Shown here in pieces: positions 9,179 through 17,733 of a stretch of 28,636 bases of DNA. The DNA comes from a virus (lineage: Duplodnaviria > Caudoviricetes), in IMG/VR virus record IMGVR_UViG_3300030376_006606, positions 1 to 28,636 of that record. One strand, written 5' to 3'. Position numbers and translations under genes: made by a program. The first letter of the stretch is position 1. Every line of letters begins with the position of its first letter. The notes beneath the pieces were generated by a model that saw nothing but the letters and a program-made list of their open reading frames with translations, ran no database searches and was not told the origin of the DNA.

Positions 9179-9458
9179 CTGGACGCTTTACCGCAAGAAG
9201 ATTATCTGACTGTACAAGATCAAGTGCCTCATCATCCTGCTTATAGAAGCAGCCAGGATCCGCTCCATACTTCCAATACACATGATCTCCCTCCAGAATA
9301 TCCTCGCTTACTTCTGGTCCAACAGAAACAACCTCACTCCACGTCATGAGGTTATCAGGAAGATCATCAGTATACACGATACCTGCGGAAGTAACATGCT
9401 CTTCCTTAAATACGGTCTTCACCGCCACCCAATTACCATATGCTTTAAATTTGCTCAT
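9165..9458 (-). CDS. groES: GroES/Cpn10-like co-chaperonin (functional analogue of T4 gp31)
   Basis: FKAYGNWVAVK...EEHVTSAGIVY (mobile loop)...EVVSVGP...GDHV...DNLLAV aligns by eye to GroES PLGDRVLVK/GGIVL/EVLAVG/GD.V/DILAV. Confidence 0.8.
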   Translation of the reverse strand: MSKFKAYGNWVAVKTVFKEEHVTSAGIVYTDDLPDNLMTWSEVVSVGPEVSEDILEGDHVYWKYGADPGCFYKQDDEALDLVQSDNLLAVKRPDEAE

Positions 9459-10387
9459 TTTAATTCACACTCCATCATAAGTTCGACGATACACGCCGTA
9501 AGATTAATTTCTTGATCTGCAACAAATGCAGACTTGTATTGATAGTCGGCTAGGATTAGAATTGCTTGCGGAATAGACGAAGGCTGCACATGATCATGTA
9601 ATCCATCATATATTTTTCGGAACAATTCTGTCTGGGAGTTATCTAGATTAGACACCACCCACTTCCTAGCCTCTGTGAAATTCTTACTCTTCATGGCAGA
9701 AGCAAGTTCCTTGACCTGCACCTGACCAACCTGAGAAAGAATACCAACATCAATGATACCAGCTACCGAATACCGCTGAAGTTCATTGAGAACTCGTCGG
9801 AAATCAGGAAAATACTTTGTAATCAACTGCGCAAGAACCGCATCCTCATACGGAATTTTTTCCGTGTCAAGAATATACCGAACTCTCTCCATAAACTCCC
9901 CAGCAAGAGTCGGACGCTCCTCTGAAGGAATACTGAACTCAATATTTGTACATCGAGAATGAATCGGAGAAATGATTCGGTTCTTGTAATTACAAGTAAT
10001 GATAAACCGACAGTTGTTTGCAAACTCCTCAATCGCTCCACGAAGCGCAGGCTGGATGCTCTGTGCATTACTGTAGTCGAACTCATCAAGAATGACAACC
10101 TTCTTGTTACCACTCAGAGAGACTGTACTAGCAAACGTCCGGATCTTGGTACGAAGCGTATCAATGTTACCATCTTCAGAGCAGTTAATAAGAATGTTGT
10201 CTGCACCAAGCTCATTGCACAGAGCACGAGCAACACTTGTTTTACCACAACCTGCTCCTCCGGTGAGGAGCAGGTTCTGACACTCGCCGTTCTTTACAAT
10301 ATCCCTGAAAGTAGCCTTCAGTGCAATAGGAAGAATACAGTCATCAATCGTCGATGGACGATACTTTTCTACGAGTAGACCTTGCAT
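9455..10387 (-). CDS. gp44: clamp loader large subunit gp44 (AAA+ ATPase)
   Basis: VEKYRP, Walker A GGAGCGKT, Walker B VILDEFD, SRC and FPDFRR. Confidence 0.97.
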   Translation of the reverse strand: MQGLLVEKYRPSTIDDCILPIALKATFRDIVKNGECQNLLLTGGAGCGKTSVARALCNELGADNILINCSEDGNIDTLRTKIRTFASTVSLSGNKKVVILDEFDYSNAQSIQPALRGAIEEFANNCRFIITCNYKNRIISPIHSRCTNIEFSIPSEERPTLAGEFMERVRYILDTEKIPYEDAVLAQLITKYFPDFRRVLNELQRYSVAGIIDVGILSQVGQVQVKELASAMKSKNFTEARKWVVSNLDNSQTELFRKIYDGLHDHVQPSSIPQAILILADYQYKSAFVADQEINLTACIVELMMECELK

Positions 10388-10389
10388 AA

Positions 10390-11061
10390 TTATCCAGTAT
10401 AGTTGCTAGTGGACTCAAGTGCAACCCAATAAGTCACATCAACAGCAGTGTTGACAAACTCACTAACAATCTTATCTGTAATATTTACGGTATAATCTCC
10501 GGGGATAATCTTTAAGTTTTCGATCTTGAAGTGAAAATCAAACTCGGCACTAGTGTCATTCACACCAACAACAATCGCGTAATCATTACTAGTTGGTTCA
10601 CTAATATCAAGAACAGTGGCAACAATAGCACCGTCAACCGAACGAATAGCAAGATCAGGAAGCTGTAGAACACTAGCTGCGCGTTGAATTTCACTGAACG
10701 TTGACTGTGATAGCGCGAAAGATACTACAGTTTCCGGCATAGTAAGTCGGTTTTGTGGAACCGTCAGAAGAGATGGTTCCGAGTAGTAGTATTTGACGCA
10801 TGAGCCAGTAGAACTCTTGATCAACACATACTTTTCCTCAAACTCGAACTCTGGATCCTGAAACAAAGAGATAGTTCCAAGGAACTTGGAAAGATCCCAA
10901 ATTCCAAACTCAACGTCAAACTCCTCATTCACCACGGCTTCAGCCATAACATTCTTAGCACCCGTTATGGTAGCAAGTTTGTTTCCAGGCTTTACCAAAA
11001 TGTTTGAGTTAATTGTTGAAAAATTCTTAAGGATTTCAAATGTCTGCTTACTAAATTTCAC
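10390..11061 (-). CDS. gp45: sliding clamp gp45
   Basis: MKFSKQTFEILKNFSTINSNI, FGIWDLSKFL, FKIENLKIIPGDY.V and YWVALE. GTG start. Confidence 0.96.
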   Translation of the reverse strand: MKFSKQTFEILKNFSTINSNILVKPGNKLATITGAKNVMAEAVVNEEFDVEFGIWDLSKFLGTISLFQDPEFEFEEKYVLIKSSTGSCVKYYYSEPSLLTVPQNRLTMPETVVSFALSQSTFSEIQRAASVLQLPDLAIRSVDGAIVATVLDISEPTSNDYAIVVGVNDTSAEFDFHFKIENLKIIPGDYTVNITDKIVSEFVNTAVDVTYWVALESTSNYTG

Positions 11062-11240
11062 CGAGAGTCACTCCAGTCTTCCATTTCCATGTATTCATCA
11101 TAATCTAAATTTCCTTTTAAAATATCTTTCAGATTCTCCTTACAGGAGTGCCGCTTTACCTTTTTCATATTGCGATCACGCCTAATTTTAGGCTCATCTG
11201 ATTCCCATGTTTTTTGTTTGTTGATATTTTGTTTTTTCAT
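11058..11240 (-). CDS. small hypothetical protein (basic N-terminus, acidic C-terminus)
   Basis: 60 aa. ATG directly follows a sigma70-like promoter; stop overlaps the gp45 start (GTGA). Confidence 0.65.
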   Translation of the reverse strand: MKKQNINKQKTWESDEPKIRRDRNMKKVKRHSCKENLKDILKGNLDYDEYMEMEDWSDSR

Positions 11241-11247
11241 CTCAAAT

Positions 11248-11275
11248 AGTATACCACATATTTTCTAAAGTTCAA
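11248..11275 (-). promoter_or_regulatory. sigma70-like early/middle promoter for the gp45-gp44-groES-gp62-regA unit
   Basis: TTGAAC(11275-11270)-N16-TATACT(11253-11248) with extended -10 TG. ATG is 7 nt downstream. Confidence 0.65.
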
Positions 11276-11585
11276 CCCATTGTTTTGAATCTTCATCTTC
11301 TACGAATGTGTAGAATCTACCCGTATTAGTATTAAGCCAACCATCCCCTATCTGGGGATTTGGTGGCACGTTTGATCTGTAAGATACCCTTGATCCACCC
11401 CAAGGAACCCAGTCCGAACTAATATCTGGACTCAACCCCCGTATGTACTTCGATGCAACAAACAACTTACCTTCAAATAAAACTAGATCATTTTCGGAAT
11501 ATGAACTAACCTCACCTGTAGAAAAGGCATTAACATATTCTCCTCTGTAAGTATACCCGTTATTGCCTAAAAATACATTTGTCAT
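11265..11585 (-). CDS. hypothetical protein with CBM5/12-like and tail-fibre-like short motifs
   Basis: YSENDLVLFEGKLFVA...SPD...W, then PPNPQIGDGWLNTNTGRFY..EDEDSKQWVE. Confidence 0.55.
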   Translation of the reverse strand: MTNVFLGNNGYTYRGEYVNAFSTGEVSSYSENDLVLFEGKLFVASKYIRGLSPDISSDWVPWGGSRVSYRSNVPPNPQIGDGWLNTNTGRFYTFVEDEDSKQWVEL

Positions 11586-12265
11586 TTCATTATCCGTAAT
11601 ATGAGAGTGTCTTTATTGACTCTCCCAGTTGGTGTTTGTTTTTTTGATCGTATATTATTTATTTCATTTTCAACTCTGCTGAATGTACCAGATAGAAGTG
11701 ACGAAACCCACTCATGTGATTTTCTTCCACAGTTTTTAATAATAGCAGAATCAAAACCTTTCAGAGTACTACCCTTGACCTGCATACCAGTGCTTGACAT
11801 ATAGAGAGCGATCTTCTTTTGTTTCACATTGTATAGAAGAACCTGCTTTGCTCCAATAATTTTCGTAGGATCAACACTAGAACCAATACCATCAAATTCA
11901 GGAAGATATTTTAGATTTTTAACTACCTGTTCTGGCTTTATTTTGCGCTTACGTCGTTTGATTGTGCCCTTTTCAGAGAATTCACTTACAATAACCTGCA
12001 AGTACTTCTGTAGTCTCTTTATCTTAGTTGTGTTGAGATACGACCAACCCTCAACTAGATCAGTATCCGATTCGTTAAGTACATCATTGATCTCCATTAA
12101 CATAGCAGAAAAGTGATTAGCAATCTGCTTTGCTTCTCTTGGCTTAACTCTATTTGATGATATCAGAGTCTTAACGTTTTTACGTACTACACTATCATTC
12201 GAACGAAGTGCTTCGATGTATTCATCAATCCAATTTTCAAGGATGCACGCAGTTTCAGAGATCAT
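11582..12265 (-). CDS. conserved T4-like phage hypothetical protein
   Basis: VDPTKIIGA, YNVKQKKI, VKGSTL.GFD and GRVNKDTLILR resemble a family I recognise from marine T4-like phages. ATG 12265 overlaps the MTase TGA. Confidence 0.7.
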   Translation of the reverse strand: MISETACILENWIDEYIEALRSNDSVVRKNVKTLISSNRVKPREAKQIANHFSAMLMEINDVLNESDTDLVEGWSYLNTTKIKRLQKYLQVIVSEFSEKGTIKRRKRKIKPEQVVKNLKYLPEFDGIGSSVDPTKIIGAKQVLLYNVKQKKIALYMSSTGMQVKGSTLKGFDSAIIKNCGRKSHEWVSSLLSGTFSRVENEINNIRSKKQTPTGRVNKDTLILRIMK

Positions 12266-13842
12266 TTTGGTTTCCAAAAAACAAACACGGGTTCATATTT
12301 GAGATAACGACCGTTAACTTTACAAAAATTCTTACACTTGGGAATTCCATTTTCGTCTAGTCTATTCTGTCCGGGCATAGATTCCATTGCCATTTTCAAT
12401 GTATATTTATATACCATTCCATACTCTTCGAGAATATTTTTGGAATCCTGTTCTAGTGGCAGATAATCATTCTTGACTTTGATGTCTGCAACATTCCAAA
12501 GAAGATACCGTTCAGAACGCAGCCAGTCAACACAATTCTTTAAGGTAGGACGAAGAAATCCGTCTCGCCACGATTCATACGACGATCCATACTTTTTATA
12601 AGACTGATTCTCATCTTCACTATACGCCTCTCGATTGAAATAAGGAGGTGAAGTAAATACCAGATCGATTGATCCGCGATGGGTTTGAAAATTTTCATCT
12701 TTATGAATCTCCTCGGAGCCTAACTTGTAAATCTCGTAATTGTTCGTAGAACTGAAGAAGGGATTACCCCGATACGTTCTAGTATTGTAAAAATCTCCAA
12801 CATCAGCATATTTAGAACCACCATCACTGTAGTGATTATCAGGATTGGGATCAGTACCAATGTAAAGAATATTGCGATCATCCCGACAGCACATAGCGCC
12901 AAGAATTCTACCACCCCAGCCTGAACTGGGGTCAAAGATTTTAATTGTTTCCTGTGACTTGATATCATTGGTAAACCTCTCATACAGGTATTTAGCTGTC
13001 ATTGGAGGAAAATTAACAGCAGGCTGTATATAACCAATTCTAAAGCATTTAAAACCAGAAGGAAATATCCGATTTCCCTTTTTGTAAATCCGGATAGCAT
13101 AGAGTTTTTCATTGGATAAGTTATCAATATCAAAGGTAGAGTGATGTCTATATGAAAGTAAATCTTTCCACATCTCTACTTGGTAATTTGTTAGCTGTAA
13201 AATATCAGACTGCTCAACTTGATGGTAACTACTACTCAGACCATCGCGAAGTTTTACTTCTTCGAGCATGAAATCATAACCCCTAAACATTTCAGGGTTT
13301 CTAAAATATGCTTCCATCCATTCATCACCCGAAGAAACATCGACGATAGAACACTTTCTACTATGTTTAATAGCAGACAAAGCGTGGCTATAAAAAGAAT
13401 CACGACGAAGATGACGACTAGCACCACGAACAACACGAGATAGGTAGTCTGAATCTGCAACCAAGTCATAAATTGAAAACCCATCATCCTTTTCGTTATA
13501 GTTGATTCTCGTCTTGAACATATTAGAGAACCACTGATCTACCTCAACACCTGCCCTAGACTTGTTTATGATTACATCATCGTCAATATCAGAAAGCTCA
13601 TCACTATGTGTAAATTGATGAACCGGATATTCCCCCAGACGATTAAAGGAGTCTATAATATCTTTTTCGTTTTTCCCCGTTCGAGGAGGGCATCCGTACA
13701 CATCCCATGCGCGTGTTATCTCTCTCCGCATACGGATGACCCATTCCTCGAACTTCTGGGGATTCATATCTAATAGCTCTTCGAACAAGACATTCACATC
13801 GCTACTAATAACATGGTCGTTTCGTTCGTAGAACTTTTTCAT
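12262..13842 (-). CDS. large SAM-dependent DNA amino-methyltransferase (N4mC/N6mA type)
   Basis: Motif I IFDPSSGWGGRILG, YIGTDPN and motif IV DLVFTSPPYF. Start reassigned to ATG 13842 (MKKFYERN), just after the GS stop. Confidence 0.85.
   Translation of the reverse strand: MKKFYERNDHVISSDVNVLFEELLDMNPQKFEEWVIRMRREITRAWDVYGCPPRTGKNEKDIIDSFNRLGEYPVHQFTHSDELSDIDDDVIINKSRAGVEVDQWFSNMFKTRINYNEKDDGFSIYDLVADSDYLSRVVRGASRHLRRDSFYSHALSAIKHSRKCSIVDVSSGDEWMEAYFRNPEMFRGYDFMLEEVKLRDGLSSSYHQVEQSDILQLTNYQVEMWKDLLSYRHHSTFDIDNLSNEKLYAIRIYKKGNRIFPSGFKCFRIGYIQPAVNFPPMTAKYLYERFTNDIKSQETIKIFDPSSGWGGRILGAMCCRDDRNILYIGTDPNPDNHYSDGGSKYADVGDFYNTRTYRGNPFFSSTNNYEIYKLGSEEIHKDENFQTHRGSIDLVFTSPPYFNREAYSEDENQSYKKYGSSYESWRDGFLRPTLKNCVDWLRSERYLLWNVADIKVKNDYLPLEQDSKNILEEYGMVYKYTLKMAMESMPGQNRLDENGIPKCKNFCKVNGRYLKYEPVFVFWKPK
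12404..12411 (-). promoter_or_regulatory. candidate late promoter TATAAATA inside the MTase 3' end
   Basis: Exact T4 late consensus about 140 nt upstream of ATG 12265. Confidence 0.4.
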
Positions 13843-13849
13843 ATCACAT

Positions 13850-13878
13850 ATCTTACACAAACAAAGAAGGCTGTGCAA
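13850..13878 (-). promoter_or_regulatory. sigma70-like promoter for the MTase
   Basis: TTGCAC(13878-13873)-N17-TAAGAT(13855-13850). ATG is 7 nt downstream, with no SD. Confidence 0.5.
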
Positions 13879-14914
13879 CTTCTTTTTCGATAATATTCAT
13901 ATACTTAGCGATAACACCAACAGCCTCATATGGATCAATATTTGCCGCAGGTCGCCTATCTTCCAGATGACCTCTACCCTTATTTGCCGTTGACATGGGA
14001 ATGCGAATAGATGCGCTTCTGTCAGATACTCCCCACGAATAATCCTCAATATGAGCAGTTTCGTGGTTACCAGTTAGTCGTCTCTCATTTCCCTCTCCGT
14101 ACACAGCAAGCATTTCGTATCCATAATTACCCATGAGTCTACAAATCTCACTGATATCATCCATCGTAGCTTCTTCTCGCATAAACTTGGTAGAGAAATT
14201 AATGTGAGCACCTGAACCATTCCAATCACCAGAAATTGGCTTGGGATCTAGTTTGATGTATAGACCTTCCTTTTCTGCCAACATTTCCATCACAAAACGA
14301 GCCGCCCAGAGATGATCACAGATATCAAGAACATTATTTGGACCAACCTGATATTCCCACTGGGAGAGCATGACCTCTGCGTTTGTACCCTGAATCTGAA
14401 TACCAACACGGTTACACATTTCAGCATGAGAATCAACCAGATCGCGATGACAGACTACATCACCACCAACCCCACAATAGTAGCGACCCTGCGGAGGAGG
14501 GAATCCATTCTTTGGCCACCCACTAGGGCGACCAGTTTCCTTATCAAAAATAACATACTCTTGTTCGATACCAAACATCATGTCCTTGGATATAACATCC
14601 AGTCCACCACAACGCTCAATAATCTCTCTTAGTTTTGCACGAGTATTCGACTCGTGCGGAGTACCATCAGTATTCATAACCTCACACAGAACAATGTAGG
14701 ACATCCCCATTGGATCCATTGGGTTCTTATACATCTTGATTGGCTCTAGGACACAATCACTGTCATTACCCTCGGCTTGCATCGTACTCGAGCCATCAAA
14801 TCCCCATACCGGAAGATCTTCGATCTGTAACTCATACCCATTAAAGTATCGAGTTTTCATTCTCATATTTTTTACATCGTAACCATCTAACCACACATAA
14901 TCAAGTTTATACAT
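13853..14914 (-). CDS. glnII: glutamine synthetase type II (auxiliary metabolic gene)
   Basis: YVWLDG, WGFDGSST, GIEQEY, PQGRYYCGVG, GTNAEVMLSQWEYQVGP, DPKPISGDWNGSGAHINFST, RRLTGNHETA, RSASIRIP and LEDRRPAANIDPY. ATG 14914 has AGGAG at 14923-14927. Confidence 0.95.
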   Translation of the reverse strand: MYKLDYVWLDGYDVKNMRMKTRYFNGYELQIEDLPVWGFDGSSTMQAEGNDSDCVLEPIKMYKNPMDPMGMSYIVLCEVMNTDGTPHESNTRAKLREIIERCGGLDVISKDMMFGIEQEYVIFDKETGRPSGWPKNGFPPPQGRYYCGVGGDVVCHRDLVDSHAEMCNRVGIQIQGTNAEVMLSQWEYQVGPNNVLDICDHLWAARFVMEMLAEKEGLYIKLDPKPISGDWNGSGAHINFSTKFMREEATMDDISEICRLMGNYGYEMLAVYGEGNERRLTGNHETAHIEDYSWGVSDRSASIRIPMSTANKGRGHLEDRRPAANIDPYEAVGVIAKYMNIIEKEVAQPSLFV

Positions 14915-14925
14915 TTCCAAAGCTC

Positions 14926-15675
14926 CTAAGCTCCTACGTTCCAAAATAATGCTCCGGGTGAAGCATGTTGTTTCATGAATTCCCAAGCCTTTGCATCATA
15001 CGTAGGTGCAGAGGGAAAGGGAGGTTTTACTTTTGTTTCTCTGTTGAAGGGGATTCCGCACTTGTAGACCTTTGCTCTTCCGTAATCTCCCTTGTGTCCA
15101 ACAGAAACACAATGGAACGATGCATCTGGCCATGCTTGCTGTAGTCCTCTAGTGAGGGTTCCGGAAGATCCAACTGTCCATACTTCGGTTGGGGAGACAT
15201 CCATGTTGCGAGCAACCCTAGTAACGGAAGCGATAACACTAGGATGGTCAAAACCAATAGGAAGTAATCTACGCTTGATAGGATCTTCTTGCACATAATC
15301 TCTTGCTCTTTTCTCTGTCACTGACAGCATACCATTCGGAACCCATTTCATTGTAGCTCCACTATCAATAGCACGCAACTGATATTCATGCAATTTATCC
15401 TTTGCACGATCAGCCATAAAAATTACTGACTTCTTACCATACTTGCGGCATAAGCATGAAAGAGAAATCTGTGCGTACCCAGTTGCGGGAGAACTCCCAT
15501 ATACCCATTCTTCTATCTCCGGTTGACTTCTAATTAAATAATCTGCAAAGCGCATTTTCGATCCACCATCAAGTAGATCGTCACGAACAATCAAGAACCC
15601 CTCATGCTCCTCAATCACAGGAGCAGGAAACGGATCCGTCCAATCACCTAAATCATAATCAAAAAGACTTGGCAT
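14926..15675 (-). CDS. short fold-type-II PLP-dependent enzyme (D-cysteine desulfhydrase/ACC deaminase-like)
   Basis: VRDDLLDGGSKMR (Lys40; cf. KRDD..GGNKLR), phosphate loop VGSSGTL, PTYDAKAW (cf. PVYTGKA) and LFWNVG. Confidence 0.8.
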   Translation of the reverse strand: MPSLFDYDLGDWTDPFPAPVIEEHEGFLIVRDDLLDGGSKMRFADYLIRSQPEIEEWVYGSSPATGYAQISLSCLCRKYGKKSVIFMADRAKDKLHEYQLRAIDSGATMKWVPNGMLSVTEKRARDYVQEDPIKRRLLPIGFDHPSVIASVTRVARNMDVSPTEVWTVGSSGTLTRGLQQAWPDASFHCVSVGHKGDYGRAKVYKCGIPFNRETKVKPPFPSAPTYDAKAWEFMKQHASPGALFWNVGA

Positions 15676-16016
15676 TACTTGTAAACTTCGGCGTGTCCCT
15701 CTTCGAGTAGAAGTTGATTCAAACTCTTGTCATCTACAAATATCTCACCAAGATATCTACCAAACTTACCTTGTTGCTTTCCAGTAAGAACAACAACCTC
15801 CGAACCAATTGGAAGAAGATCTTGTACAAACTTCTTTGCTTCGAGTCCCTGTTCCCTCTCTTCGCCCCTAACTTCCCATGCATCTACACCATAGAAACGA
15901 ATTCTTTCTTTTCGCATAATATTAAATCCGCAATCAACAAGGAGATCTACTGTGTCCCCGTCAACTACCTTCTCTACAATAGCCTTATATTGGTATTGTG
16001 GTTTCATCTTTTTCAT
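15675..16016 (-). CDS. thermonuclease (staphylococcal nuclease, SNase) family protein
   Basis: KVVDGDTV, RIRFYGVDAWE, GKFGRYLG and LNQLLLEEGHA. No signal peptide evident. Confidence 0.88.
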   Translation of the reverse strand: MKKMKPQYQYKAIVEKVVDGDTVDLLVDCGFNIMRKERIRFYGVDAWEVRGEEREQGLEAKKFVQDLLPIGSEVVVLTGKQQGKFGRYLGEIFVDDKSLNQLLLEEGHAEVYK

Positions 16017-17732
16017 TTATTTTATCCTACTAAAGTTATTTTTCTTTTCAAATACCAGATAGTTTGTGAACTTATCTGCTAATTGATCTGACTTGTGACT
16101 AATAACAAATATATTAGTATTTATAGAAAGATCTTCTAGTAGTTTCATAAGATCATCAGTACCCATTGAATCGAGGGAAGAGTCAAATACCTCATCAAGA
16201 ATTAGCAGATTACAGTTTGCACTGTTTTTAATCTTTGCGATCTCTCTCCATGAAAGAATTAAAGCAAGATCGATTCGTAGTTTTTCGCCTTCACTAAAAC
16301 TCATGTAACTAAAAGTATCTCTATGACGACTCTTAATTGTTTCGTTAAACTCTTCGTCTAGGGTAAAGTTCGCAAAGAAGTTCATCGATGAAAGATATTT
16401 GTTGATGAGCTTGTTGATGATTGGGAGGTAATACTTAATAATCTTTGACTTGATGCCCGCATCCTTTAACAAATCATGAACAATATCATAGTTATATTTT
16501 TGATTAAGGATGTCTTCCTTTTCCTCAAGTGAGTTTTCTTTATCTGAAATGAACCCTTGGAGTTTGGTCTTTTCCTCGTCAATATTACATCTATTGTTTT
16601 CTATGTCCTGTATCTCATTTTCAATATACTGAATTTGCGAGTATAAAGATTTAAGAGTGCTTTGCTGCTCAAGTATTAGCTTCTCTTGTTTGGTTATATC
16701 GTTTTCTTTATCCTCTATTGAGTTTATCTTTTCGAGAGTATCTGATATAAGACCTGCAATGGATTCGAGTCTTTCCTCGACAGCGATTTTATTCCTAGCC
16801 TTTTCGTCTAGGGTTTCCTGTCGAAAATCTTCAGCAATGTCCTGCTTACATGTAGGACAACTAGTATTTGATGTATAGAATACGATATCTTTATGTAATC
16901 GCTTCACATCACTCTCAAGAGTACTCTCAGTTTTTTCTACATTCTTCAGACTAGTCAAAAACTGCTCTTTGTCAGGAATACTCTCTCTCATCTCATCAAT
17001 GTTTGCAGATAACTTAGTTATTACTGATTGAGTTTCTTTTCCCTCAGCAATCAGAGAGTCAATTTTTGATTGACTCTTTTCTATTCGCTCTTGACTTTTA
17101 CTTTCTAATGTATGTACATGACTTTGCTGTAGTGTTATTTTTTCGTTTGCTATATTGATACTATTCTGGATGATAGAAACATTTTCTTTTAGCTCAGAAA
17201 CTTTAGACTTCAGCAAACCATTCATTACACTAAAGATTTTGATGTCAAGAATATCTTCAATCACCTCTCGTCTATCAGCGGGGGTGAGTTGCATGAATGG
17301 AACAAAAGATGAGGATCCCAGAATAACAATCTGAGTAAATGACTTATAGTTCATTCTCAGGATCTGTTCTTCTAGGAGACGCTGATAATCCTTAGCTTTT
17401 GCGTTTTGAGGTAACAAAGTACCGTCTTTGTATATCTCAAACACTTTTGGCTGTAAACCCCGAACAACTTTATACTTGTGCTTGGGAGTGGAGAATTCAA
17501 CCTCAACCAAACAATCTTTCTGATTCACTGTATTCACAAGCTGGGGTATGTTCACCTTACGAAATGGTTTACCGAATAAACCAAACGTGATAGCATCCAG
17601 AAGAGCAAATGATTTGCCGTGACCATTTCTTCCTGACACGAGAACAGTATTGTGCTTGTCTAGATTTATCTCTGTAAACACATTACCAAAAGAACCAAAA
17701 TTCTTAAACCGCACATTACTAAATGTTAACAT
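16017..17732 (-). CDS. gp46: recombination ATPase gp46 (Rad50/SbcC-like)
   Basis: Walker A GRNGHGKS, zinc hook CPTC, signature FSEGEK, Walker B LLILDE and ISHK. Confidence 0.97.
   Translation of the reverse strand: MLTFSNVRFKNFGSFGNVFTEINLDKHNTVLVSGRNGHGKSFALLDAITFGLFGKPFRKVNIPQLVNTVNQKDCLVEVEFSTPKHKYKVVRGLQPKVFEIYKDGTLLPQNAKAKDYQRLLEEQILRMNYKSFTQIVILGSSSFVPFMQLTPADRREVIEDILDIKIFSVMNGLLKSKVSELKENVSIIQNSINIANEKITLQQSHVHTLESKSQERIEKSQSKIDSLIAEGKETQSVITKLSANIDEMRESIPDKEQFLTSLKNVEKTESTLESDVKRLHKDIVFYTSNTSCPTCKQDIAEDFRQETLDEKARNKIAVEERLESIAGLISDTLEKINSIEDKENDITKQEKLILEQQSTLKSLYSQIQYIENEIQDIENNRCNIDEEKTKLQGFISDKENSLEEKEDILNQKYNYDIVHDLLKDAGIKSKIIKYYLPIINKLINKYLSSMNFFANFTLDEEFNETIKSRHRDTFSYMSFSEGEKLRIDLALILSWREIAKIKNSANCNLLILDEVFDSSLDSMGTDDLMKLLEDLSINTNIFVISHKSDQLADKFTNYLVFEKKNNFSRIK
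16118..16125 (-). promoter_or_regulatory. candidate late promoter TATAAATA inside the gp46 3' end
   Basis: The 15-mer TATAAATACTAATAT (16111-16125) is identical to the gp3 promoter (22568-22582). About 100 nt upstream of the SNase ATG. Confidence 0.55.
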
Positions 17733-17733
17733 A

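Noticed and set aside
14920-14935. Tandem AAGCTCCT x2 (double AGGAG)
   Set aside because: One copy is the glnII SD and the other is PLP-gene coding sequence. Too short to call a functional repeat.
12262-16016. Classical restriction-modification pair (SNase + MTase)
   Set aside because: SNase-family nucleases are not sequence-specific and the genes are separated by two enzymes. Kept only as part of the broader hypothesis.
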